The notes under the pieces were generated by a model, which did not search any database, had not been told where the DNA came from, and saw nothing but the letters and a program-made list of their open reading frames with translations. This document shows, piece after piece, positions 45,301-56,949 of a DNA stretch of 64,000 bases. Within the stretch, counting starts at the first letter, position 1. Each line of letters opens with the position of its first letter. Source of the stretch: Podarcis cretensis (Eukaryota); the NCBI GenBank assembly GCA_951804945.1, contig OX638149.1, forward strand, positions 87,606,001-87,670,000. Direction: 5' to 3'. The translations under genes were made by a program, and so were the position numbers.

Positions 45301-48300
45301 GGTCCAGCCACTCTCATCCAGGGGTGAGTTGAGCAATTGCTGCGGGGTGATACCATTGCAGTCATCTGCTTTATCTGCTGTGCTATTATCTCTCTCCAGA
45401 AGATGCTGTAGTGCCTTCAGGTCTCCCATCTTACACGCTGTGAACAAGGCATCTTGTAACGATGTGCTAAGACCTAGAGGAAGGAAGGAAGAGTCTCACA
45501 TTAACCATGGAATATCCATGTTACCTATAAGGGTAAACAGAATGTCAAGTCTTGGTTTTGCCACTCCCTTAACCAGCACAGGCTTCCAACCTACAATAAT
45601 GGCCCAAATGGCAAGTTGTTGTAGAACCCCTTATTATAAAACGGAGTGGGGAAGTGCAGATCTTGCTGACGCTCACACAACCACCCCCAAACTCACCATC
45701 ATATTTCAGACAATTCTGGGTCTTGGGTGACTCCTCTGTTCTGGGCAACAAAGCCTTGGGCTCTTTCACACCTCCTGAAGTCTCAGTGGAGGACTCTGCT
45801 TCAAAAGAAAGAACATGCAAGGTGTTGTTTCCTGTCCAGTTGATTTTAGTCTATCAGTACCATTCTGATCCCTATCTAGTGAGCACTGTAACTTTGTCTA
45901 GAATGACCCAGAAATGGTACATTCTTTCACCTCTGGTGGACATGCCCAAGGATTAAGGCTTTCTGGGAAATGATATATAATGAAATGAAAAAGGTATTTA
46001 AATATACCTTCCTGAAGAAACCAGAGGCCTTTCTCCTGGGTATGGTAAGCCATGTGGTGTTAAAGAAGGACAGAACTTTTTTTTATGTACGCTACTACAG
46101 CAGCAAGGATTCTTATTGCAAAGTATTGGAAGACACCAGATCTACCCACTCTGGAAGAATGGCAGATGAAGATGACAGACTATATGGGACTGGCAGAGAT
46201 GACTGGCAGAATCCGAGACCAGGACAAAGAGACAGTGGAAGAAGATTGGAAGAAGTTTAAAGACTATCTTAACAAATATTATAAAATTAATGAAGGCTAA
46301 AAATATATGGGTTTAAAAATTAGTGGTTTGCAGGGGCGCTGATTAAGGAAAAAAGAATAGAACTATTAAAAATTATGGGAAAAATGGGATTGGATTTGCT
46401 GACAAAATAAATGAGATTAGGATACAGAAGGGGGAGGTGTGAGGAGGTCGGTGAAATTAGGTTTAGAAAATAAGGTTTGAATTTATACTTGTTTTTGTTG
46501 TGTTTGTTGGTTTATGTATGTTTTTATTGTTGTTTGTGTTTGTGTTTATATGTGCTTATTTGAAACTTTAATAAATATCATTTAAAAAAAAAAAATAGAA
46601 TGACCCAGAAATGCATGAATGATGGATTCAGATGAACTAACCAGAATGCAGGACCCATGTTCTAAACACCCACCCCTCTCTCCTAACTTGCTCCAAGTGT
46701 CACTAACATCATGGCCAATAGGATGCAGCATGAGGAGAGCAGTCCCAGAGAACCATCACAGTTTTGTGATGCTGATACTGTTCCACACAAACAGAAAGAC
46801 AGGAGAACTGCGGTTCCCTTTTTCTGCTTGGGAACAGCTGATCATCAGCGACACTGCTCTGACTCCAAAGCTGCAGCAGCAGCTCCTGCTTTTAACCTTA
46901 AGACTAGAGATGGATGCAGTCCAACCTATAACCTTGAGATGATGCAGATTTAGAAGGGGTAATTTAGAAGGGTGGTTTAAGACAGCCTTCATTTGCACTC
47001 TCTTAGATCTTTGGAACCATCTCAGCTGACACTGACTTCTCTGGGTCTGCGGTGGCTCCTCTTCAGCCACACAAGTCATCCCACGAAAGGCAGGTAGTAT
47101 AATGAAATCCAGCGCACCTATCAGATTTCACTTTAAAGCCCCAGTCCTCATGAGTAAAGAAAGCAGAACAAAGATGTGAAAGCACTGCCTCCCAGAAAGT
47201 AGAAGAGGGTGGACTCTCTTGCGGGAAGTACAAAACTGATTTCCCCATAATGCAATGCCCCCTCCACCCCACCTCTGTCTACAGGAATCCTATGTGCTCT
47301 ATTTTATCATGTTGGTTGCCATTCTTCTATTGAACATTTTTAACCTAGAACAGATTACCTAACAGAGACAGCGGTGCTTCGATCAGGCAAGATGTTGCCA
47401 TTTCTGCAAATGCTGAATGCAGTTTGTCCCAGAGGTTTGCTTTAATGGAATATCCAATGCTTGCACAACTTTCTTCTCAAGCGGACTGTATTTCAGTTTC
47501 TGGGTTGTAGCTTCTGACTTTCTGTGAACTAAGGTCCCTCTAGATTATGGCCCAGGGCCCATCATGGCTTTCTTATCCTGGGAGCCTGCATCTTGATAGG
47601 AAGCAGCTGCCAAGGACACCAAACTGGGGGGCTCTGGTCAGTGTCTCTCAAGGCAGACAAATAATTTAGCCATTCTAGAAAGAGAATGCACCCACTATCT
47701 GTACTAATAATAGGTCCATTACCTCAGCCACCTACCCATCAGTGTTTTTTGTTTCTTCCTTCTCTTCTTGCGATTTAATTTTGGTTCCGCTTCAAATTCT
47801 CGGAGCTCCAGTGTACTCAGTGTCTGCTCCACCAACTCCAGCTGCTGCAGACTTTTCTCTTCCTCCTCCTCCTCCTCTGGCTTTGCTGCAGAGACTGTAA
47901 GAAAACGGTATCATGGTTAAGTCTTTCCTTCTCCGCTTCTGATGAACAAAGTAGGGATCATTCAATGAACCTGAGGATTGGGGTATGGAAGGTGATCCAA
48001 ATCAGCCTATCAGTCCTCCCTCAGCTGAACTGCAGCCACTGTTAGATCACATCCTACACATTAGCAGCCGCCATTGCGATTTCAGCATTTTCCTGCCTGC
48101 AGCCCTCTTTCAGGGACTCTCCATAAAACCATTTCCCAGTGGAGGCAGAATCCCCCGCTTTACTGCTTTCAGCAGCCCATAGTGGTCTTTCCACCCAATA
48201 GCCTAGGTGATTATGATGGTAAAAAGTGAACAAAGCATCTGCAGTGGATGAAGGATTGCTACAAGGGCAAGGATGGCAAGGCTCTCCAACTCACTAGTGT

Positions 48301-51300
48301 CTTGACTCTGTGAAGATGCTTCATCCAAAGGGAGGACCTTTTTCCAGCTCTTCCGAGGGGAGGACATCAAATCTGCCACTGCTGTGTCTTTGCCTGCCAA
48401 AAGAGTCAGAATGGTGTTTTCTAGGATGGAAATCATCTTGGTTCCATACCCTCCACTTGCACTCCTCATGGCAGGTTTCAGGATAGACAATTCACAGTGG
48501 CCCAATTCCAGCAAGAGCAAAGGAGCTCAAAGAAGCAAACAAGGTCAGAATAGAGATATGGGAGGGAAATGACACACACACTGCAATACTCCACCCCATC
48601 CCTGGGCCTCCACATCTCTAGGCGAGAACCAAGATTATAGTCAGAAACAGTATACACAAAGACTTTGGAGCATCATTTCAAGTACTTGGGGACTAAAAGC
48701 TGTGCTCACCATACATTTGCAGACTGCTCAGAACCCCATGCACCCGTTGCACCTCATGGAAGGTGGCTCTCCGGGTGCTGAAAGGAATGCCCCGGATACG
48801 GGGATCATCTCGCTGAAGAGGGCCATTTTTGCTGCCAAAAAACCGAGCTCGGTTGGTGCGAGGGGCACGAAGGAAGATACACTCTGCTCCTTGCAAATGC
48901 CCTGTCCAGCTGGCCAACAACTCCTGAATATCCTGCAGGAAAAGAAAAGTATAACAGATAGGCCCATCGTTGTCGCCTTTAGTGCAGACGAAGTAACCAC
49001 AATGAAGGCTGAGTTGCATAGGGTCTGAATGTAACCACTGGTCACCTATTTCCAAGAGATCCCCAGTGCCACTTATAAATAAAATACATCATTTCAAAAG
49101 AGAGAATGCAGAAACAGTCTGAATTGTATGGAAGAGCTTCATTTCTCAATATGGAATCTGCAGCAAGAAGGGATTACATAGAGATACCCAGTGCAATGCC
49201 TTCTAGATGTGGTTGGACTCCAACTGCCATCAGCCCCAGCCAACAGGGCCAATGGTCAAGGATGATGGGACTCATTGTTGGACTGCATCTGGAAGACACC
49301 ACATTGCCTGCCCTGGTCTACATCATTGGGACTAGAGCAGTCTGTCCTCCTCTTCTGTCACTGTTTTGATGCACAGACTACTGACAAGAACTGGCATAGA
49401 CTTGCAGTAAAAGTCAACTGCATCTTTCCTTTGTGAAGGCCGAACAGCTGGGACAATCTTACTCAAACAGCAAAGCTCTCAAATAGCCATCCCCTTTCCA
49501 TTTTGTGGGTTCACCCTTGGTTCTACTAGGGTCCGCACTCACCTTGAGCAAGGCAGCCTCATTGTAGCGCCGCAGTGTGGCCCCAGCTGATTTTGGCATA
49601 GACCCTTGAGCATCTCTCACTCCTTGGGCTGTCCCTCGGCGAGCTCGCACTGTATACCGATGGAACGTCTTATGCTCCAGCACCTCATTTCTGGGAAGAA
49701 AGTGACGGTAAGCCTACAGCAAAGACCGACATCCAGAATCATCATCTTAGCATGAATGTCTTCACTAGGAACCAAGTCTAGCCAGGTTTTATCCATACCA
49801 GGAATATGGAACCTGAGGCCTTCTAGATGTTGCTGGACTCCAACCACAACTGGTCCCAACTGGAATGGCCAATGGTCAGGGATGATGGGGATCTGTAGCC
49901 TGACACTATTCAGAGGGCCACAGGTTCCCCACTCTTTTGTAGGCAATATTGAGATGGATGGATCAGATGTCGTCATTTGTGTTAGGCTGAAGTGGCTTAG
50001 GAAAGGATGAAGACCTTTTATCTCACATCCTCAAGCTCTCAAAATGGGCTGCTTTATATTGCATGCATCCATGAAGACCTCAGGTTTCTCCAGGGAGGAG
50101 GTGCGGATGAGGCTGAATTTGCTTTGCCTCATCATGATTATGCTTTGCGTCCACTTCTAGGCTTCCTGCCTACTGATAAACTCCTTGAATCTGGGGGATG
50201 GAGAACCTGTGGCCCTGCAGATGATGTTGGACTACAGCTCCAACATCCACCTGAGCATTGGTCATGTTGGCTGGGGATGATGGGAGTTGGAATCCAACAT
50301 CAGGAGGGCCACAGGTTCCTCATCTGATTTGCACCTTGAATGGGGTCCAGTAGATTACAGATATAAAGCACTCTACACTCCCCACCCACCCAATCTCTCT
50401 CTTCATGAACTTCCAGGAACCTGCTTAGTGGAGACCATGAGATGAGCATTAATGCTGGCCTGGAAGCACATGTGGGATCGTGGTTTATCAGCCTTCTGAC
50501 ACAGTCACACTCTTAAGGCAGCTGTTACAGCTCGCAAGTTGACCCGCACGATAGACATCCCCCTCTGCGTTCTTACCCCTTAAAGACAGCTCCTGCAAAG
50601 TGTCCCCCACCAGCCATTAGGATCACCCAGGAGGTTCCTGAGCTCTGTCTCTGAAGGGACGCCACTAGCTCTTCAGGCTCCTCCATACTGCCCTGGATGG
50701 ACAAAAGACCCCTTCAGTTAGCAAGAGGTTACTGACTGAGCAATGAGAGCTTTCTGCCCGGCTGTTAAATAGGGATGTGCAGGGTGTTAGCTGGTCCCAA
50801 ACAGACAAAAGGATTTCAAGAGATGTTCCCTTCCCACAGAGTTTTGGAAGTGGGGGAAATGCTTCTTTCATCCTGCAGAAATTCAGGTTTCTTCTAGGAA
50901 AGCATCAGTTACAAAACAGAAAGCATAGCTGTCAACGTTTCCCTTTTTTAAAAGGGAAATTCCCTTATTCCGAATAGGATTCCTCGCAAGAAAAGGGAAA
51001 AGTTGACATGAGAAAGAGTAATATCAGGAAAGCAAAATGGGCCAGCTTGATGTTAAAAATTAATGGGCAAGGAAAAGTCAGTCAGGTGACTAGAGGAACT
51101 GTGCAGGACTTAAGAGAGAAACCCACACATTTCTGGCAACAAGCCAACACAGTCCCAACTGGCTGAAATTATAATACCTGCTTGGGAGGAAGAGTTTGCA
51201 ATTAAAGCAAGATAGTAGGTGGGAAAATTAAGACCAACCGCTTTTATGCTTATTGCAACAGACACTAGACTTCCTTTAAAACCTGGCCACGGCATTATCC

Positions 51301-54300
51301 TCTTGGTGTGTGTGTGTTCGTGATAGGCATTCATCATTTGGTGAGAGACAGCTGGTAACTAAAACAGGAAGAGACCAAAAGCCAGAAAAGGAATGAGGTC
51401 CAGTAGGCTCTTTGTGACATGCCTTCATAGTGTTTAGCACACAGCGATAGACTGAGATGAGCTGGCCTTCGGCATTTCTGAACAGAACCCGCTGGGAGCG
51501 TCGACATGGAGAGGGGCTCCGATGACTGCCTTCACTGTTGGGTGGTTCAGATTCATTGTCCAAGTCAGAGTCACTGGAATCTGACCCAGAGATGCTGGAG
51601 ACATCACCTGTGGACCATGGCAGTAACAGAAAAGAAAATCACACAGTCAAGAAGGAAGTGCATCATGTAACGGATTCCAGAGATCCTATTTCTGGAATTT
51701 TATATCTGAAACTCCTGCCCACAAGGCAGAAAGACAGAGCATTCTCATGCAAAGAAGACAGTCTGGACTGGTAAAGCTGGAAAATTCTCTACTTAAAACA
51801 GCTCAGGACCACAGCAGGGAGGAAATATATGTGTGGATCTAGACGACTGAGCTCCTTTGGACATACATTTGACTAATGGAGTATGTTGTCATAGCTAGAG
51901 TAAAACCAAAGGGGTCATTATAGTAATGAACTTTGAAATGAACTAGCATCCAATGCTGGATGAGACTGAGTCTAAGGCACCCATCTGAGACTGATTCTAC
52001 CCAGTCTGTTAATGAATGGCTGTGAAACTGGATGCTTGGAATCTTTGTTATGAGCAAAGGCAAAATGGAGCTCATTAGGACCATCAGAGCTCTTGAGTAG
52101 TATTCATAGAATAATAAATTGTAGAGTTGAAAGGGACACCAAGGGTCATCTAGTCCAACCCACCTCAATGGAGGACTCTCAGCTATTGAACCCGTATCAT
52201 GTGCCTCTCACCTGCTTGAGTCTTTGCCTCAAATTCTTCAGCTGTGAGCATGCGGTGACCCAGGAGCCGCTGCTTTAGGTTGAAACGATGCCAATCTAGT
52301 CGATAATGCTCAGTCTGCACAGGAAAAGAATGGGACAGTGGGAGAGCCAACATAGGCCACAGTAGTAACTGGTTCAGTGTTTGGCATCTATATCTCGGGT
52401 TACATAGGGCAGGCAAAAGCACCCCTTTGCAATGATCCTGAAATACCGAGTGCTTAATTAAGGACATAAAACAGTATCTGGGTCAGTCCAATATGGAAGT
52501 TGCATATCAGTTATTACTATGAGTATAGGGACTACAATTCCCATCATACAAAATCCTATTTTTGTTGTGATGTGGGGGACTTGAAGTCTTAGGAACATAA
52601 GAGCAGCCCTGATAGTTTGGACAAAAGGTTCATCTTAGTCCAGCATTCTGCTCTCGCAGGGGCTCATTAGATACCTATGGGAAGCCTGCAAACAGGACCT
52701 TATCACAACAACCCTCTCCCCACTTGTGATTCTCAGTAATTGGTATTCAGACATATTGCCTCCGATAATAGAGGCAGAACACAGCCATTAAGACTGGGTG
52801 CCATTGATAGCCTTATTCTCTATTGCAGGGGTGGGGATTCTTCAAACTATGGGTCTAATTGGATCCACGAGGCTGTTTTCTTCAACATGCCCACTTCCAA
52901 ACCTCACTTCATATGTGACATGAGATTTGGGCAGGTAAGCAGATGCTTGCAAAAGAACAATTGGTAGCTTAAAGTGAGCGCTTGATTGTCCCTTTGCAAG
53001 CGAGGCTTGCTGACAGTCCTGAGCAGCACTGTTAATGAGCATCTTTGAAGGCATACTTTGACTGACAGCGCACCTTAAAAAAGCCTTGCAGCAAGTCCCT
53101 TTGAAGTCCTTTGCGGGTGCAATTTGAATCCAAACTGCACCTGCAAACAGACAACAAAGAAGCTTGCTAAAACCACAGATTAGCTGCCTAGCAGTTACAG
53201 CTTGGTTAAAGAAATTGGCCTGGGGAGGATGGAGGAATTAAGGATCTGGCCTGCAGACTAGATCCAGTTCCCCACCCCTACGTTTGTCTAATCCTCTTTA
53301 AGGCCAACCAAGCTTGTGGCCCTCACTACATCCCAGGAGAAAAAAATGCATAGTTTTAACTATATGAAGAAGTCCTTTTGTCTGCCCTGAATCTTTCATC
53401 AATCAGCTTTATTAGATGATTCAGAGTTCTAATATTACTTTTTTAATTTATATTTTTATACTTTGACATTCAAAAAAGCAAAAATGCCAAAAGGAAGAGA
53501 GGGGAGAAAGACTGTGTTATATCAATGAGAAACAATTTTATGAACAAAATTATCTATCACTTTTTTATTCAGTACTCAATAAACAAGGGTCATCTCTTGA
53601 TAAAACAATGTTGCAGGCTGTTACTTATAACTTTCATTTTATATATTAACTGTGGGAGTAATTCAACACTGGTTGTTCTGTCAGTGCAAACATTTCAGCT
53701 TTGAAGTCCCAACGACCAGCTGATAAATGGGACTTCAGAGTGCAGTGCACGGGATCAAACTACACAACACTTTGAAGCCCTGATGATCAACTGATTGTTG
53801 GAACTTTAAAGCACTATATCACCAGTCATTGTGAGGTGACTGAAAGGAGAGGTGGCTCCACCCTCCTGTCAAATTTGGCCAGTGCAGAGGGTAGGGTAGG
53901 TTAATTTGGGGAGGGGTGTTATTGGGTTGTTGTTTTTTTTATTATGTATGTTGTGTTTTTATATTGTGATTTTATCCTGTGAACCGTCCTGAGACCTGCA
54001 GGTATAGGGCGGTATACAAATTTAATAAATAATAGTAGTAGTAGCAGTAGTAATAGAGATAAGGATCTGGCCCACTGGCCATATCCAGATTCATGCCCTT
54101 GATCTACTGGATACAGCATTTCATCTGAGGACAAGAGACAAATGGATTTTTGCACCATCCTGTTCCCACAGAAAGCATTGTTCAAAAACATTCAGCAACA
54201 CCCACCTGCTCCTCTCTATTGTCAAAGGCTTTTGAGCAGGCAGAGCAGTACATCCTGTCTGACACCTCTAAGATCCTACTAGGTCGATCTGGTCCCTTAG

Positions 54301-55099
54301 TCACTGTAGTGTACAGAATGAAAATGAACACAGTTACTGGCACAAATACAGTTATGTATGAAGGAAATGTAAATATTTGTTTAACACAACTCAAATGTAT
54401 AACACCGCAGTGAATTCTGAGGGGCTTAAGAATGTGAAAATCCTGATACAGAAGGCTGCAAATCTTAAACATTAGAATGAAAACAAAAAAAAGGAATTGA
54501 GAAATATTGTGTGTGAGAGAGTATCACTAACACCTCAATCGGAAGAATCCTGGATGGAATACACAAACAGCCCCAGTATTTAGTTTAAACACAACTGGTT
54601 TTAACTAATTGACAAAGATGCAAAATTACTAAAGCGGCACACTGATGATGTCATAAAGTGACATACTAACAAACACAAAAGGAAACCATGGTTTCTCATT
54701 ACATGAATAAGCCACAGAAAGCCTTCAGCTTCCTCTTTTTGTGGTCATGAGGATAAAATCAGAAGCATTTGATTCCCATTTTAAACTAAAAGTTTTCCAA
54801 GATGTTTGAGCTTCGGGAATTGTTGCTTGGTTACCAAGAACAAGCCAAGATCAAACTGTGGTTTCAAATCCTTATGTGTTTTCACCAACCGTAAACCGTA
54901 AACTCATGAGTCATGAACTCTGCAAACCTGGTGAACCCTTGGCCAGAACCCTTTTCCAGATATATGGCCCTTTAGAAGCAGTACCTGGAATGGCCACCGA
55001 TGTGACATCTCCTGATGATGCAGTTACAAGGCAAAGTCCATTCATTAAAGCTGCATTCTGAGCTGCATCAAACACAGACAAGGTCTCAGCAGGCTGCAT
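42332..55099 (-). CDS. ANKZF1: ANKZF1/Vms1 (ribosome quality control peptidyl-tRNA release factor), 15 coding exons, about 689 aa
   Basis: Exons 55099-54985, 54303-54206, 52314-52212, 51607-51423 (GC donor), 50692-50577, 49690-49543, 48932-48710, 48393-48295, 47894-47736, 45795-45697, 45473-45221, 44565-44454, 43764-43597, 42610-42540 and 42452-42332; total 2070 nt. Motifs: zinc finger (CSAC...[10 protein letters not shown]), VLRF1 ([23 protein letters not shown]), ankyrin repeat (GWTLLHVAA), VIM-like [11 protein letters not shown] and C-terminal CWLC...FCSTNC. Boundaries of the low-complexity linker exons are less certain. Confidence 0.92.
44621..44804. mobile_element. hAT-type MITE
   Basis: TIRs TAGG-CTGCCATAT and TAGGGTTGCCATAT. 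8-bp TSD ACCACAGT/ACCACTGT (7 of 8 match). Confidence 0.72.
45917..46595 (+). mobile_element. 5'-truncated L1 LINE with poly(A) tail and 18-bp TSD, in an ANKZF1 intron (antisense)
   Basis: TSD TAGAATGACCCAGAAATG at 45899-45916 and 46596-46613. Encodes an ORF2 C-terminus ([17 protein letters not shown]...[11 protein letters not shown]...PTLEEW). AATAAA at 46570 and A12 tail at 46584-46595. Confidence 0.92.
49195..50326. repeat. Cluster of three copies of a ~130-bp palindromic MITE family (about 49195-49315, 49799-49937 and 50191-50326)
   Basis: Shared GGAACCTGTGGCC..CAGATGTTG..GGACT..CCAATGGTCAGGGATGATGGG..GAGGGCCACAGGTTCC. Other copies at about 3020-3140, 8215-8310, 23825-23955 and 33808-33930. 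Confidence 0.7.
50693..51422 (-). other. GC-AG intron of ANKZF1
   Basis: Donor AAG|GCATGT. It is the only good phase-0 donor compatible with the next exon (cag|GGC AGT ATG at 50692). Confidence 0.75.
52590..53435 (-). mobile_element. CR1 LINE 3' fragment interrupted by a hAT-like insertion (52826-53280)
   Basis: CR1-like 3' sequence (AACATAAGAGCAGCCCTG...GATAGCCTTATTCTC) resumes as TTTGTCTAATCCTCTTTAAGGCCA after an insert bounded by CAGGGGTGGGGA and TCCCCACCCCTA. Confidence 0.6.
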
Positions 55100-55435
55100 G
55101 ATCTGAGGGAGAAAGAGAGAGAAAATCAGCAAGCTTTTTTGGAAAGGGACCCTTCACTCCTACGGTTAACAACACATCCAGCTGTTATATCTCTATATTC
55201 AATAAGGAGTTATGAAAAATCTCCTTTGTCCTCAAGGGACAAACACAAAAAAACAGCCCCCACCTCCCAGGGCTGGATTTCTGTGTCTAACACACAGAAA
55301 GTATAATTTTTACAATAGGTGTAGCTTTCTCCTATTTCTCCTATTGACAATGAAGATGCACCCTTCATTCTCCTTTCTATGGGCAGCAATTCTTAGGGAG
55401 ACATACGATTCCAAGCCTATACCAGATATGACATA

Positions 55436-55661
55436 CAGTGGTACCTCGGATTAAGTACTTAATTCGTTCTGGAGGTCCGTTCTTAACCTGAAACTGTTCT
55501 TAACCTGAAGCACCACTTTAGCTAATGGGGCCTCCTGCTGCCGCCGTGCTGCCATAGCATGATTTCTGTTCTCATCCTGAAGCAAAGTTCTTAACCCGAG
55601 GTAATATTTCTGGGTTAGCGGAGTCTGTAACCAGAAGCGTATGTAACCTGAGTTACCACTG
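55436..55661. mobile_element. Tc1/mariner (Tigger/pogo-like) MITE
   Basis: TIRs CAGTGGTACCTCGGATTA and CAGTGGTAACTCAGGTTA, TA TSDs, and internal TTCTTAACC repeats. Confidence 0.85.
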
Positions 55662-56949
55662 TATAGGCTAAAGGCTTCTATTCCTTATTATAAATACATG
55701 GTAGGGCAGCAAGCGGGTTGTTTTGTAAGCAGCTTTGAGGATATGTGTGTGTCTGTTTTAGCAATCAAGCAATGAATACATTTTATGAAATAAATAAAAC
55801 AAAACAAGCACAACCCTAAATCTGCCCGTTTTAGGTCAAGTCAATTATTCTTGGAGATACCTTTTCTCCTCAGGTTCATGAAAGTGCACCTGCATACATG
55901 GTTACCTGGGAATAACATTTTGTGGATAGTGTCACTGATGTCCCTTCTAAAGCAGGGCGGACTATTCTATTACTGTATTGAGGCCCCACTCCTTTCATAT
56001 TTTAATATCTTTTGGCCCTGGTAAAACACTGAAATAAGAAGTTGCTGGGGCAGAAATAATCAATTCTATTTTACAACAGCATAAGATACTAAGCTCTGGG
56101 ATCAGATGACCAGCACACAGTTGCTCTCAAACTTTCTGTGTCCCAACTAGTGTCCAAAAGATCCAAAATCTCTTGGTGCCTCTATAATATGTCTCAATTT
56201 CCTAGTGGCGCTTGCAACAGATATTATTACAGTATTAAAAGTCTTTAACGGTTAGTCAAGAGTTGGAAAGAGTTAGTCTGAAAAGCTGTGTGTCTTGGAG
56301 AATTGTGCAGTAGTTCACTCACAATTGTACTGAGGTGCAACTGTGCATTAAAAATAATGACCAGATCAAGGAAGGTCAGTAAATGAAGGCTACGTCAGCT
56401 GTTTCAGACTGACTGATAAGTCAGTCATTCACCCCACCAAAGGTGAAGGTGGGGCAGAAAGGTCACCAAACCAGTTGTGCAGGCTATATAACACAGTCCC
56501 AGGGTCAAGTATAAGAAGATAACATCATTTGTCTACACTGCAAGCAGCAACATAACAACAGAGCAAGAGACAGCGGAAAAAACTTCTCACAAGTCATAAT
56601 AGAGACACAGAAACCACAGGACAAAACAGGCTAGCTATTATTATTATTTTAATTACTTAAGGCTAGCTATTGAGTCATAAGGATTACACATGCACAAGAA
56701 GTTACAGCAAAGGAGGAAAAGGCCAGTGCCGGTGGGGGCCGACATGTGTCAAGAAAATGAATCGCCTGAATCTACTGGTCTTTAACTGGTGGATCTGGAC
56801 CTGCAAGTGAGCACGTCCAGGGTATTCCCCCCCCCCCCGGAAAAAAATAAAATCCTTTGACAGGCTATTAAAGTATTCCAAGAATTCTTTGAGATAAGTA
56901 CAGTATTAGCCCTGAAAGCAGAGCCACCATTCACGGCCAGGGGTTCATA

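Noticed and set aside
47358-47650. Possible extra ANKZF1 exon ending at TAG|GTAATC
   Set aside because: Every acceptor and frame I tested hits a stop, and the gene closes in frame without it.
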